A stretch of DNA of 32,000 nt from Balneolaceae bacterium (lineage in GTDB: Bacteria > Bacteroidota > Rhodothermia > Balneolales > Balneolaceae), in the NCBI GenBank assembly GCA_017640665.1, contig JAEPQE010000001.1, positions 481,262 through 513,261 on the forward strand, written 5' to 3'. Position numbers and translations under genes: made by a program. Positions 8,552 to 18,105 of the stretch are shown piece by piece; the first letter of the stretch is position 1, and each line of letters starts with the position of its first letter. The notes beneath the pieces are model-generated. The model was not told the origin of the DNA. It was given only the letters and a program-made list of their open reading frames with translations, and did not search any database.

Positions 8552-8591
8552 ATAAGCCTCTCGGAATTTTCACAGCCGGGGGGCTTATTTT
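8552..8591 (+). terminator. Rho-independent terminator downstream of the tRNA-Arg fragment
   Basis: A 13-bp stem (8552-8564 pairs with 8576-8588, including two G-U pairs) with an 11-nt loop, followed by TTT(G). Confidence 0.6.
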
Positions 8592-8703
8592 GTTCTAATC
8601 TCACTTTGAAAGAAGTCCTAAATCCTGAGTTCTTATATGAAAAATCAAGAACTTGAGGTAATGCTAAATATTACTTCCAGGCTTTTTACATTCAAAAGAA
8701 ACA

Positions 8704-9819
8704 TCATTCAATCTCTTCTTCAGGCTTATTTTGTTGAAATAGTTCCGCTACCATTTGTGCCTCAGCGCGGAGTTTTTTGCCCATAGAATTACCAATGAGT
8801 ACCACTGCAATCTCATCATCCGGAAACATATATATGGTTGACCTTCCACCTGGCCCAGCACCATTAGAAACAGCAGATCGTAACCCATTTATGGTATTTG
8901 CCCCAATACCTAAATGCGCGGTATAAATCATAGATCCATCATCGGGTTTTGCCTGTTCTAATGAGAATTGATAAGTCCTTTCACTAAAAAGACTTTTCTC
9001 CATATATGCCAGAAGTACTTTCGCAACTGCCTCAGCAGAGGCGTTATAACCACCACCTCCAAATTTGCAGCTATTATTTACCAATCTGGTGATTGAAACC
9101 TTTCCATCTTCTACATCATAAAAAGTAGAAATATTATCTCTATTCAAACCATCCTTGTTGTCCAGGAAAATTCGTTTGGCATTACTCGGATTAAAAAGCT
9201 TCTCTTGCATTAACTGTGTAAAAGGCTTGCCGCCTGCCTTTTCTAATACTGCGCTTAAAAGTACATACCCATAACTAGTATACTCCACCTTTTCACCTGG
9301 GTTAAACAGCAAGGGGTCATTTATGAAAACGTCAAGAGCTTCCATAGGGCTTCGGCATTCGTCCTGGCTTATAGCATTCCATTCATCCCAACCATTGTAG
9401 TGTCTAATACCTGATAGATGTGCGAGTAAATCTTTGGGGGTGATTTGATGGAGATGTTCAGGAAGTTCTGGTATTACCTTTGCTATCGATTGTTCTAAGT
9501 CTAATTTTCCTTCATCTACCAACTTCATTGCTAATATACCTGCCAATGTTTTTGTAATGCTGTATATCCTGAATAAAGTTTCAGAATCCGGTTTCTGCTT
9601 ATTTTCAATATTCTTGAAACCAAACCCTTCTGCTAAAATAATCTCTCCTTTGTAAGCGATCGCTGCACTTAACCCAACGTATTCATTACTTTCAATTAGT
9701 GATTGAAGTATTGTTCTTGCTTTGTCCAATTTTTCCTGGCGTTGGGCTTGAGCCTCTCCAAAAGTACATAAAAAGAATAATGCTAGTAGAGCCTTGACAG
9801 ACAATCGATATGAAGTCAT
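8704..9819 (-). CDS. Serine hydrolase, beta-lactamase/transpeptidase-like (class C/esterase family), secreted
   Basis: Signal peptide (ALLALFFLCTFGEAQA) and an S-x-x-K motif in the usual context (FRIYSITKTLAGILAMKLVDEGKL). The ~370-aa length is typical of the family. Confidence 0.85.
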   Translation of the reverse strand: MTSYRLSVKALLALFFLCTFGEAQAQRQEKLDKARTILQSLIESNEYVGLSAAIAYKGEIILAEGFGFKNIENKQKPDSETLFRIYSITKTLAGILAMKLVDEGKLDLEQSIAKVIPELPEHLHQITPKDLLAHLSGIRHYNGWDEWNAISQDECRSPMEALDVFINDPLLFNPGEKVEYTSYGYVLLSAVLEKAGGKPFTQLMQEKLFNPSNAKRIFLDNKDGLNRDNISTFYDVEDGKVSITRLVNNSCKFGGGGYNASAEAVAKVLLAYMEKSLFSERTYQFSLEQAKPDDGSMIYTAHLGIGANTINGLRSAVSNGAGPGGRSTIYMFPDDEIAVVLIGNSMGKKLRAEAQMVAELFQQNKPEEEIE

Positions 9820-9844
9820 TTAGTCATAATTATTTAAAAATTTA

Positions 9845-10747
9845 TTATTCCGTTATCTTCAGGTAACTAATATTGGTACTCACACCATTTTGAAAGGTCA
9901 CATAAATCCTTCCTGTCTCGGTTGAATAAGCTACTCCGGTAGGGTTTACAAAATTCATTTTTTCTCCTCCAATAATTTCAAATTCTCCACTTACTTTATG
10001 CACCCGATATATGTAACCATCCACATGATGGGCTACATATAAATACTTGTTATCAAGATCTAAATAACCCAGGTTGTAATTAATGTAATTTACCCTGCCT
10101 GGAAGTGTTGCTAGCAATTCCATCTGTATACCAGGAGTGATTTTTATTATTTCACTCTTAAACATATTCGTCGCATACAGATTATTCTCGGAATCAAATT
10201 TAATGGCAGTGGGCCAGTCTAAAAGGCCTTTAGATACATAAATACTCTTTTGGTACTCGGTAGAGTCCGAGTTTGGTGTCATCTTAGAAATCGTAAAAGA
10301 TTGGTTTTCTGTTACAAACAAGTTTCCATCACTGTCAAACGCTAACCCGGAAGGCCCTTGTAAGTTTACTGCAATGGTGTCGATTCTGGTTCCATCAACG
10401 CGGATTATAAATCCTGAATCATAGTTTGTTGCATATATAATATCATTCGATTCATCATAGGCGACAGAACCCAGATTAGTATGCCCATCAATTATAGTTT
10501 CAACTTGATTGCCTGAGTCGAATTTTCTGATTTTATCCCCATCATAATCACTTGAGTAAATCACCTCGTTTGAAGCAATATCAATATCATCTCCACTATC
10601 TGTGATTGAATAGTTTGTAAGTGTTGCTTCGACTGTATCAATTACTTCCACATTAGGTTCTTCGGGGGATGGGGTGATTGGATCTGAGCTTTCGCTACAC
10701 GAAAGAAAAATGAACACCACATAAATAGATTTGATTATATAAGACAT
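9845..10747 (-). CDS. Beta-propeller lipoprotein (NHL/SGL-like repeats)
   Basis: Lipobox (VFIFLSC). Repeated blade motifs: SVAYDESNDIIYATN, GLAFDSDGNLFVTE, AIKFDSENNLYATN, GVAYSTETGRIYVT. It ends 25 nt before the hydrolase gene. Confidence 0.7.
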   Translation of the reverse strand: MSYIIKSIYVVFIFLSCSESSDPITPSPEEPNVEVIDTVEATLTNYSITDSGDDIDIASNEVIYSSDYDGDKIRKFDSGNQVETIIDGHTNLGSVAYDESNDIIYATNYDSGFIIRVDGTRIDTIAVNLQGPSGLAFDSDGNLFVTENQSFTISKMTPNSDSTEYQKSIYVSKGLLDWPTAIKFDSENNLYATNMFKSEIIKITPGIQMELLATLPGRVNYINYNLGYLDLDNKYLYVAHHVDGYIYRVHKVSGEFEIIGGEKMNFVNPTGVAYSTETGRIYVTFQNGVSTNISYLKITE

Positions 10748-10853
10748 TGCCGATTTCTTGTTTGAATTACCGAGGCAATATATCTTATCCGAAATGATAC
10801 TTGTTGACGCAACATGTCGCGTTTTAAGTATTAGTACTACCTTACCTATTCAA

Positions 10854-11987
10854 TTATTTCTTTAAGAAACGTTCTTTATACTCTTTTGGTAAGCATTTTA
10901 CTTCTTTTTTGAATGCCCTGTAAAATGCAGATTTTGATTTGAAGCCTACTTCTTCAGATATAGCTTCTACTGTTAAGTAATCATACTCTCGGTCTTTTAA
11001 GTATTCTTTCGCCTTACTAATTCGATAACTGTTAATAAACTCGGAAAAACTTTGCTGCTCTATCGTATTGATTGATTGAGACAGATAGGTAGTGTTTATA
11101 TTTGTCTCTTCTGATAAATCGTTTAAACTGAAGCCTTTCTTTTGATATAGTTTTTTTTGCTCTATGGTATTTTTAGCGAGGTGATAAAAACTCTCCATCT
11201 TTTCTTCGCCTATTATTGAACCCGTATTTTTACTGCCTTTATTCTTTATAAAACCAACCCTGTTAAGTTCTACACTCTTAACGATCATGTAGCATAAAAG
11301 AATCAAAACGACTGAGTCGAAAACAATAATCAAGGCCCAGTCTATTAATGGCACCTCTATTACCTTATACAAATATATCGATATTGTATTATTAGCTAAA
11401 CGGAAAAGAAAGTATAGCAGAGACACCACTACTAAAATCAGAAACATTTCTTTCTCTTTTTTTCCTGAAGCCCTTAATTGCTGTACAGAGAAATAATTAA
11501 TGGGTATCAAAAACAGAATAGGAACTGCAATCTGACGGACTAATATATGCCAATGATTCCACTGATTTATCGGAGGTGTATATTCGTTTTGAAAGATATT
11601 TCTCAGCCAATCAATCTTTATTTCTACTGGTATATTGGTAATGCTATATAATGAGAATAACGAATCTGCTAATACCGGTAAAATTATAAGTATGTACCAC
11701 CACTTAAGCGTTTTATACCTCAAATAAATTACTTGGATTAAAAGTAATGGATATACTAATAATTGAAAGACCCGCCCAAAACCAAACATTTCCGGAAGTT
11801 TCAGGATTAACTCACTGTAAAAACTTATTGCATAGAATAACTCAATGCTTACTAACAAAACAACTAAAGGAATCAGGTAGTCAGACCAGTTCTTGATTCC
11901 TTTTCTCAGCAACAAAAATGCTGAGAAAAAGACTCCTAATCCAAGACTCATTAAGCCTATAATGATGATGAGGTCAATCCTGTTCAT
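10854..11987 (-). CDS. Membrane-embedded AraC-family transcriptional regulator (N-terminal polytopic TM domain + C-terminal HTH)
   Basis: About 250 aa of hydrophobic helices, then an AraC HTH (LSEETNINTTYLSQSINT... EAISEEVGFKSKSAFYRAFKKEVKCLPKEY). It shares a KWW...LP motif with the paralog at 16246-17367. Confidence 0.85.
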   Translation of the reverse strand: MNRIDLIIIIGLMSLGLGVFFSAFLLLRKGIKNWSDYLIPLVVLLVSIELFYAISFYSELILKLPEMFGFGRVFQLLVYPLLLIQVIYLRYKTLKWWYILIILPVLADSLFSLYSITNIPVEIKIDWLRNIFQNEYTPPINQWNHWHILVRQIAVPILFLIPINYFSVQQLRASGKKEKEMFLILVVVSLLYFLFRLANNTISIYLYKVIEVPLIDWALIIVFDSVVLILLCYMIVKSVELNRVGFIKNKGSKNTGSIIGEEKMESFYHLAKNTIEQKKLYQKKGFSLNDLSEETNINTTYLSQSINTIEQQSFSEFINSYRISKAKEYLKDREYDYLTVEAISEEVGFKSKSAFYRAFKKEVKCLPKEYKERFLKK

Positions 11988-12420
11988 TAATCAAATTATT
12001 TATAACTAAGGCATCAATGTAAAGCCTTTTACTCAGTTTTAAGTCACAGTATCGTTTAAGGCTTCAAAACCAAAAAGAAGGTATCCCTCTAAATAAAAAA
12101 CTGGGGAAAATCTTACTAAATCTTTTTCGGATTTAAAGGACTTTTTATTCATTTCCCCTTTCAATTATTATGAAGACGTATTTCCCTCAGTGAATGTATC
12201 AATTCTTCGATTCTCAAGATTTGAGGTATTCTTCCACTGAAAATATCTGCGTTTATTTGCATAGCTATAACGCCATTAATCTCTGGAAGGTATTTGATAA
12301 ACTTACCACACCTTTTGTGAAATTCAGGGTAAATAAAATTTATCAGCTGAGTTGTTAAGTTTTGTATTTAGTACCAACTCATATTAGCCGATTTTCCTTA
12401 TACTCATCAAAAAGCAAACT

Positions 12421-13041
12421 ATGTATACTCCCTCCTCTTTTAAAGAAGAAAGCCCTGACGTTCTTTTTGAACTGATTGAAAAGTATAATTTTGGGATTTT
12501 ATTTAGTCAGCACAGCGATAATCCGGAAGCTACTCACCTGCCTTTTCTGGTGGATAAAAACCGTGGCGAACGCGGAACCTTAGTTGCACATTTCGCACGA
12601 GCTAATAAACACTGGAACAATCTGAATGAGACAAAAGAGGTGTTGGCAGTATTCCAGGGACCACATACCTACATCACTCCTTCCTGGTATAAAAATAGAG
12701 ATACAGTTCCCACTTGGAACTATGCAACGGTGCATGTTTACGGGAAGCCTAAAGTAATCCATGAATTGGATGAATTACGGAAAATGGTAACCCGCCTCAC
12801 TCATTTCCATGAAAGCCAGGTAGATTCGAATTGGTCACTGGAAGAGTCTGAGAAGAGCTTTGATATCAACTTGAAAGGTATTACCGGACTGGAAATTGAA
12901 ATCACCCGAATGGAAGGGAAGTTTAAGTTCAATCAGAATAAGAAGAAGGAAGATCAGCAAGGCGTGATTGAAAATCTGGAAAACCTCGGTGAAGAAGAGG
13001 TGAGTTCGATTATGAAAGAGAATTTAAAAGGAAAACCCTAA
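12421..13041 (+). CDS. paiB: FMN-binding negative transcriptional regulator, PaiB family
   Basis: Collinear by eye with B. subtilis PaiB: MYxPxxF..., THLPFL, GPHxYIxPSWY...VPTWNY..VHVYG, GKFKFNQNK...DQQGVI. Confidence 0.88.
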   Translation: MYTPSSFKEESPDVLFELIEKYNFGILFSQHSDNPEATHLPFLVDKNRGERGTLVAHFARANKHWNNLNETKEVLAVFQGPHTYITPSWYKNRDTVPTWNYATVHVYGKPKVIHELDELRKMVTRLTHFHESQVDSNWSLEESEKSFDINLKGITGLEIEITRMEGKFKFNQNKKKEDQQGVIENLENLGEEEVSSIMKENLKGKP

Positions 13042-13159
13042 AAGGTGATTTTGATCCAATAAGTTAAATCAAATTATCAGGCTTTATTATTATCGGGTAA
13101 GTATTGAAGAAATTTTGCTAAAAATTATGCATAATGGCGGTTAGATAATTATCCGGTAC

Positions 13160-13942
13160 ATGAAAATAATAAATCAACAAATTGGGACAATCTGTGTTGT
13201 ACTACTTCTAAGCGTAAGTATTAAGGCTCAACATGAAGAATCATATAGCCGTTTTTCTCAATGGTTAATACATGATCCGCTTTCTGTTTCCAATAATTTT
13301 GACAATGAATTTATTTCTCAATTTACCTTCGTCACTCTGGCAGTAGCCGGCATTTCCATTATAGATGAACACAGTAGTAGTTATTTTCGAGAAGAATACA
13401 ATGACTCCAGGTTTTTAAGTTTTACCGACAACTTTGGGGCTGTTAAATATATGGCCCCGGTTTCAGCGGCTATTTTTGGCACTTCTTTGCTTACCCGAAA
13501 TACTAAATTCCAGGATGCGGCTTTCACCTCTTTCCAATCGGTTTTAAATACTGCTATAACCACAAATATTTCTAAATTTATTTTTGCCCGTTCCAGACCT
13601 TATGAAAATGATGGCGCGTATGACTTTGACTTTTTTCATCCCGGTGAGACTTCCTTTCCTTCAGGACATTCATCCACTGCTTTTGCGCTTTTCACCCCGT
13701 GGGTTGTTTACTATCCGGGACTTATTACGTATTCACTAATGGCGATACCAACAGGAACACTTTTAGCCCGTATTGCTAAAGGAAAGCATTGGGCTAGTGA
13801 TGTAACCGCAGGGGCATTAATTGGCGCTTACTGGGGATATTACCTCTCCAAAAAACATCTGGGAAAGAACGAACCTGGAATTGAATTCCAGCCTTTTGTT
13901 AAAAGAAACGAAGTTGGTTTTTCATTAAAAGCTTCTTTTTGA
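13160..13942 (+). CDS. PAP2-superfamily phosphatase, secreted or membrane-associated
   Basis: All three PAP2 motifs are present: K-x6-RP (KFIFARSRP), PSGH (FPSGHSS) and R-x5-H-x3-D (ARIAKGKHWASD). It also has an N-terminal signal. Confidence 0.85.
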   Translation: MKIINQQIGTICVVLLLSVSIKAQHEESYSRFSQWLIHDPLSVSNNFDNEFISQFTFVTLAVAGISIIDEHSSSYFREEYNDSRFLSFTDNFGAVKYMAPVSAAIFGTSLLTRNTKFQDAAFTSFQSVLNTAITTNISKFIFARSRPYENDGAYDFDFFHPGETSFPSGHSSTAFALFTPWVVYYPGLITYSLMAIPTGTLLARIAKGKHWASDVTAGALIGAYWGYYLSKKHLGKNEPGIEFQPFVKRNEVGFSLKASF

Positions 13943-13988
13943 TGCTTTTCAAATTTAACTAAAGGTTTAAGGGTAATCTCTCGATTTA

Positions 13989-14729
13989 TTAAGGTTCCGA
14001 TTCGATTGTCCGCGATTTGTCCGAATATCCTTTTTTCCTAACCATCTTAAATATCCCCAGCACCATCAGAGACCAGATTGCTATGATCACCTCCAGTACC
14101 AAAATGTAGGCTGGCCATGGAGGTAAGATACTGAAGAAAGTAGTGCCGGGTGGCTTGCCCATCAGATAGAAATAGTTGCTACCCAGGATCAGATTCAATA
14201 CATAAATGATGAGTGCCACAATATTCAGCCACAGTATGGTTCGGCCTACATCTCTTAATTCAATTTCCCACTTCCACTCTATTGCGGGGTATAATGCTAA
14301 TAGGACCAATCCCAGATGTACCATCCAGTATCGAATTGCATCATAATGAAAGAGTGAATATTCTACGGAGGGAGTGAGATTTGCTTGTGAAACTCCAAGC
14401 ACAATCCAGAAGAAAACCGTCGCCCAAATAACTCGGCTTTTGGTTATGTACACTACTATCATTATAAAGGGAAGGAAATTACACATGTGCAATGGAATGT
14501 CTTTGGTGACATCAAATGTACCTGTATAATGATTTAAAGGGATTTTGACCAGCTGGGCAATAGTAAGCGCTAGAGCAATAAAAAGTAATGCCTTTCGCTG
14601 GTTTTTTTCGGGACGGTTTTTCATGAAGCGGAAAAACCATAGTGCAAAAAATAGAAACCCGAAAAGTAACAGAAAATGTTCTGCTGAATAAGAGGCGAAG
14701 TTGTTATTGGTCCCGAAAAATGAATTCAA
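13989..14729 (-). CDS. Integral membrane protein, possibly YwaF/TIGR02206 family
   Basis: 246 aa with ~7 predicted TM helices. The N-terminal FxxYSAEHF pattern resembles that family as I remember it. The start at 14729 is TTG, and the only ATG is 35 codons in and would remove TM1. The start and the family assignment are both uncertain. Confidence 0.6.
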   Translation of the reverse strand: MNSFFGTNNNFASYSAEHFLLLFGFLFFALWFFRFMKNRPEKNQRKALLFIALALTIAQLVKIPLNHYTGTFDVTKDIPLHMCNFLPFIMIVVYITKSRVIWATVFFWIVLGVSQANLTPSVEYSLFHYDAIRYWMVHLGLVLLALYPAIEWKWEIELRDVGRTILWLNIVALIIYVLNLILGSNYFYLMGKPPGTTFFSILPPWPAYILVLEVIIAIWSLMVLGIFKMVRKKGYSDKSRTIESEP

Positions 14730-14876
14730 TATAGATAGACTAATTTATCAGAATAACTGAAAATCTTGCTATAAATAAAAGAAGCTTATTCTATCAACCT
14801 ATCATATCTACTTATACCATATCATAACCTCAAGTAAGAGTATTCTTGAATAAGGAGTGAATTGAAAAAATAGTAC

Positions 14877-15239
14877 TCAGTTTATTCCCATTCCAAAAAC
14901 AATCATATTTCCGTATGGATCCTTCACTTCAAAATCTCTCATTTTATACTCATGATTTATCGGCTTTGTAATATGAACTATCTTATTCGAGGAAAGTTCT
15001 TCATATACAGCGTCCACATCAAAACAAAAAACATAAATCACTCTTGGTTCAATTTTTTCTGCTTCTGATCGAATAAAGTGAATGGACACCGCCTCTTCCC
15101 GATTGGTTACAATGTAGTCTACGGGTTCTCCCCATTTAAATATGATATCGAAACCAAGTTTCTCCATATACCAGTTGGCGGCAATTTCTGGATCATATAC
15201 CGGAAATTGTGCGGCAAAATGTGATAACTTCTTTTTCAT
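14877..15239 (-). CDS. VOC (glyoxalase/bleomycin-resistance/dioxygenase) family protein
   Basis: 120 aa with the pattern FPVYDPEIAANWYMEKLGF...HF....FEVKDPYGNMIVFG, typical of bleomycin-binding or glyoxalase-fold proteins. Confidence 0.8.
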   Translation of the reverse strand: MKKKLSHFAAQFPVYDPEIAANWYMEKLGFDIIFKWGEPVDYIVTNREEAVSIHFIRSEAEKIEPRVIYVFCFDVDAVYEELSSNKIVHITKPINHEYKMRDFEVKDPYGNMIVFGMGIN

Positions 15240-15256
15240 AGTAACCTCTTATGTTT

Positions 15257-16147
15257 TCAATTTTTTGAAAGCCAGCCCCAGGTTGGAAATCCATCGTACG
15301 CCGGGTGATCTGTTAGTCTGGTTTTATTGCTTCCGTCTGCATTCATGATATAAATATCGTGATTATTATCGGTGTTTTGATCTCTAAATTTCCAAACGAT
15401 TTGGGTACCATCCGGAGACCAGCCTAATTCTCCATCTTCTGCATCGTTATCTGTGAGTTTGACGATATCACTCCCATCTGGTTTCATGGTATATATTTCT
15501 AAATCAGCACCATCTCTTTTTGAAGCAAAGGCAATTCGATCTCCACTTGGTGACCATTCCGCATATCTGTCCAGACTGTCACTTTGAGTGATTCGGACCT
15601 GATTGCTTCCATCACGATTCATTATATATAATTCTGGATTTCCATCACGGTTTGAGCGGAACAAAATTTTCTCACTGTCAGGAGACCATCTTGGCTGAGT
15701 GTTTCCCTCGTCATCGAAAGTGAGCTGTGTTTCTTCTGAGCCGTCTGCGTTAACTGTGAAAATCTGGGTTGTTTCACCAACCTCCAGATGATAGCTCAGA
15801 TATTTTCCATTGGGTGAACTATGCATTAAAACGGTAGGGTGCAGTCCTGGTAAGTGCGGGGCACTATCTCCGGTTTTGATATTCAAGCGATGTCGCATCA
15901 CCTCCTGCTCTCCTATCGTTTTAATGTAGAGGATTTCATCTTCTCCAAACCAAACAGGATGATAACTCCAGGTGGTATCATCAGTAAGCTTGGTAATCTT
16001 TTGTGTTAAAGGATTTAATTGGTAAATATTGAATGCAACACTATCTCTGGTTGAATGAAAAATAATTGTCGATTCCTGAGACTTATTTTGTTTTGCAGAG
16101 CAAGCTGTTAACAACAGTAAAATGAAAAGAGTACTGTATTTGATCAT
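15257..16147 (-). CDS. PD40/TolB-like beta-propeller lipoprotein
   Basis: Lipobox (LLLLTAC). Repeated PD40 motifs: PRWSPDSEKILFRSNRDGNPELYIMNRDGSN, AEWSPSGDRIAFASKRDGADLEIYTMKPDGSD, LGWSPDGTQIVW...DIYIMNADGSN. Confidence 0.8.
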   Translation of the reverse strand: MIKYSTLFILLLLTACSAKQNKSQESTIIFHSTRDSVAFNIYQLNPLTQKITKLTDDTTWSYHPVWFGEDEILYIKTIGEQEVMRHRLNIKTGDSAPHLPGLHPTVLMHSSPNGKYLSYHLEVGETTQIFTVNADGSEETQLTFDDEGNTQPRWSPDSEKILFRSNRDGNPELYIMNRDGSNQVRITQSDSLDRYAEWSPSGDRIAFASKRDGADLEIYTMKPDGSDIVKLTDNDAEDGELGWSPDGTQIVWKFRDQNTDNNHDIYIMNADGSNKTRLTDHPAYDGFPTWGWLSKN

Positions 16148-16245
16148 CGAACTAAGTTTATTTGAGTTTCATTAACATACAGGTAGATACTCATCTTCGT
16201 TTCTAAACATGTATGAAACACTCTCTCAGTTTATAAAATGAGAGA

Positions 16246-17367
16246 TCAAGAGTTCTTCTGAACCAGGTATTGCTTTGGAGTTAGCCCGGTTTGTTGCTTA
16301 AATACTCTATAGAATGAGGCGCTACTGTTAAACCCGCAATCCCTGGCAATGGCTTCAATAGTAAGATTTTTGAATTGGGGATCAGGCAACCTTTTCTTGA
16401 CTTCTTTTACCCGGTATTCATTCACAAATTCAAAGAAATTCTTGCCTGCCATGTTGTTGATGATAAAAGAAAGGCGGTGCGAGGGAATACCTATTTCGTC
16501 GGCAAGTTCGCCAATCTTTAATCCGGGGTTTAAATAAGGTTCGTGCTTTTTCATGTACTCTAATACGATGGTACCTTCTGGTTCAATGCCACCCTCCTTA
16601 TCGAAAATAGCTTCCATTCCTTCTTGTTCGATAGGGGTAACAAAAAAGGTCTCAGGATTTAAAATTGCAGCAAAACCTAATATCTGAACGAAAAGTGTTA
16701 GGAAAAGATAAGTTGCGTAATCAAACCTTATAAAGGTTTCGTAATCGTCCAACAAAAAGAGGTGGAACACGACAGTCAATGCCCAGAAAATAAGGAATCC
16801 ACCAATCAACGAAACTACCCAGCGATGTTGATAGAGATGAGTGTTGGAATACTGTTCCCCTACTTTATCGAAGTAGAGTTTGAAGCGAACCAAAGCGTAG
16901 AGACCATATAGGAATTGAACGCCAACATAGATGAAAAAGAACACATCTGCCTGGTTCCAGTAATTAGTGTAATAATCGATCAGGAACTGAACTTTGCTGC
17001 TCCCTTCCATCCAATAAAACGGAAAAGCGAGCCAGGTTGCCAGAATCATCGGCAGGAGATGGATCGTATCCCACCATTTTACTGAGGCGTTCTTATTGAT
17101 AGAAAACTTTTGAAAGAAATAGAGTCCCGGACCAATCAAAAACCAGAATGGATAGCTTACCCAAATCAGATGAGGATATTCTTTGAACCATTCGAAATAT
17201 TCAAACAAAAAGTTACCGGATTGAATGGCTACCAGGATCAGAATAATGCCAATAATTATCCGCTGTCTGTAGTTCCCTTTTTTATTGAAGAAAAGAATAG
17301 GAGCAAGAATGGTACACTGAACCGTGCCCCAGGTAATTAAAATCGTCCAGATGTTTTGGGATATCAT
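16246..17367 (-). CDS. Membrane-embedded AraC-family transcriptional regulator (paralog of 10854-11987)
   Basis: About 240 aa of TM helices, then an AraC HTH (IGELADEIGIPSHRLSFIINN... EAIARDCGFNSSASFYRVFKQQTGLTPKQY). It starts 34 nt after the motB-like stop on the same strand. Confidence 0.85.
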   Translation of the reverse strand: MISQNIWTILITWGTVQCTILAPILFFNKKGNYRQRIIIGIILILVAIQSGNFLFEYFEWFKEYPHLIWVSYPFWFLIGPGLYFFQKFSINKNASVKWWDTIHLLPMILATWLAFPFYWMEGSSKVQFLIDYYTNYWNQADVFFFIYVGVQFLYGLYALVRFKLYFDKVGEQYSNTHLYQHRWVVSLIGGFLIFWALTVVFHLFLLDDYETFIRFDYATYLFLTLFVQILGFAAILNPETFFVTPIEQEGMEAIFDKEGGIEPEGTIVLEYMKKHEPYLNPGLKIGELADEIGIPSHRLSFIINNMAGKNFFEFVNEYRVKEVKKRLPDPQFKNLTIEAIARDCGFNSSASFYRVFKQQTGLTPKQYLVQKNS

Positions 17368-17401
17368 AGCTCAATAATAGCGATTCTATGAAACTGTATC
17401 G

Positions 17402-18094
17402 CTATAGATTACTCAACTGGTAATAAATCCTGACTACAATTCGTCGGTTTAGTGCTCTGTTCTCTACGATATCATTTCCTTGTCCATCAACATGTGGTAC
17501 TACCGGCTTTGTATCAGCATAACCGGATGCTTTTAAGCGCTCTCCTTCAATTCCTTCTTCTATGAAGTATTTTACTACTCCTGATGCACGCGCTACCGAA
17601 AGCTCCCAGTTGGATGGGAATACAGGTGTGTTAATTGGTACATTATCGGTGTGCCCTTCCACATCCACATTGAATTTATAGAAATCCAACGCATTCATTG
17701 CCTGAGTTACCTTGTCTATAATCTGCTCTCCGGTAGGCAGAAGGTCTGCTTCTCCGGAACCATAAAAGGAACTACTGTTGAAGAACAGCTTAATCCCATC
17801 CCTATCAAGGGTAATATCTACCAGTCCCTGCTGTTTTTCTACCACAAGAAGAGAATCCAGATCTTGTTTAACCTCAGCAAGCGGAGTTCTTACATTTTCT
17901 TCTTTACTGATCTCGGACCTTAAACCTTGCTTCATCTGCTCCCATAGATTTAGATCCACATAAGAAACTGCGATTAGCATCGCGAAGAAAGCGAGTAACA
18001 GGGTGATCATATCACTATAGGTAAGCAACCATTCCTGATCTTCTGAATGATCTTCCTGATCTCTTAGTGTTGATACATTTTTACGTGACAGCAT
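17402..18094 (-). CDS. motB: MotB/OmpA-family stator subunit (TM with conserved Asp + peptidoglycan-binding OmpA-like domain)
   Basis: WLLTYSDMITLLLAFFAMLIAV carries the MotB plug/TM signature with Asp28. C-terminal OmpA-like motifs: VEGHTDNVPI, NWELSVARASGVVKYF, NRALNRRIVV. Confidence 0.9.
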   Translation of the reverse strand: MLSRKNVSTLRDQEDHSEDQEWLLTYSDMITLLLAFFAMLIAVSYVDLNLWEQMKQGLRSEISKEENVRTPLAEVKQDLDSLLVVEKQQGLVDITLDRDGIKLFFNSSSFYGSGEADLLPTGEQIIDKVTQAMNALDFYKFNVDVEGHTDNVPINTPVFPSNWELSVARASGVVKYFIEEGIEGERLKASGYADTKPVVPHVDGQGNDIVENRALNRRIVVRIYYQLSNL

Positions 18095-18105
18095 AAGAAT
18101 TCTGG

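Noticed and set aside
12161-12367. Minus-strand open frame of 68 codons in the 433-bp AraC/paiB intergenic region (…FIYPEFHKRCGKFIKYLPEINGVIAMQINADIFSGRIPQILRIEELIHSLREIRLHNN*)
   Set aside because: The only standard start codon (ATG at 12262) leaves 33 codons. There is no recognisable motif, and the frame overlaps the likely paiB promoter. It could be a gene remnant or a small protein, but I cannot support either reading.
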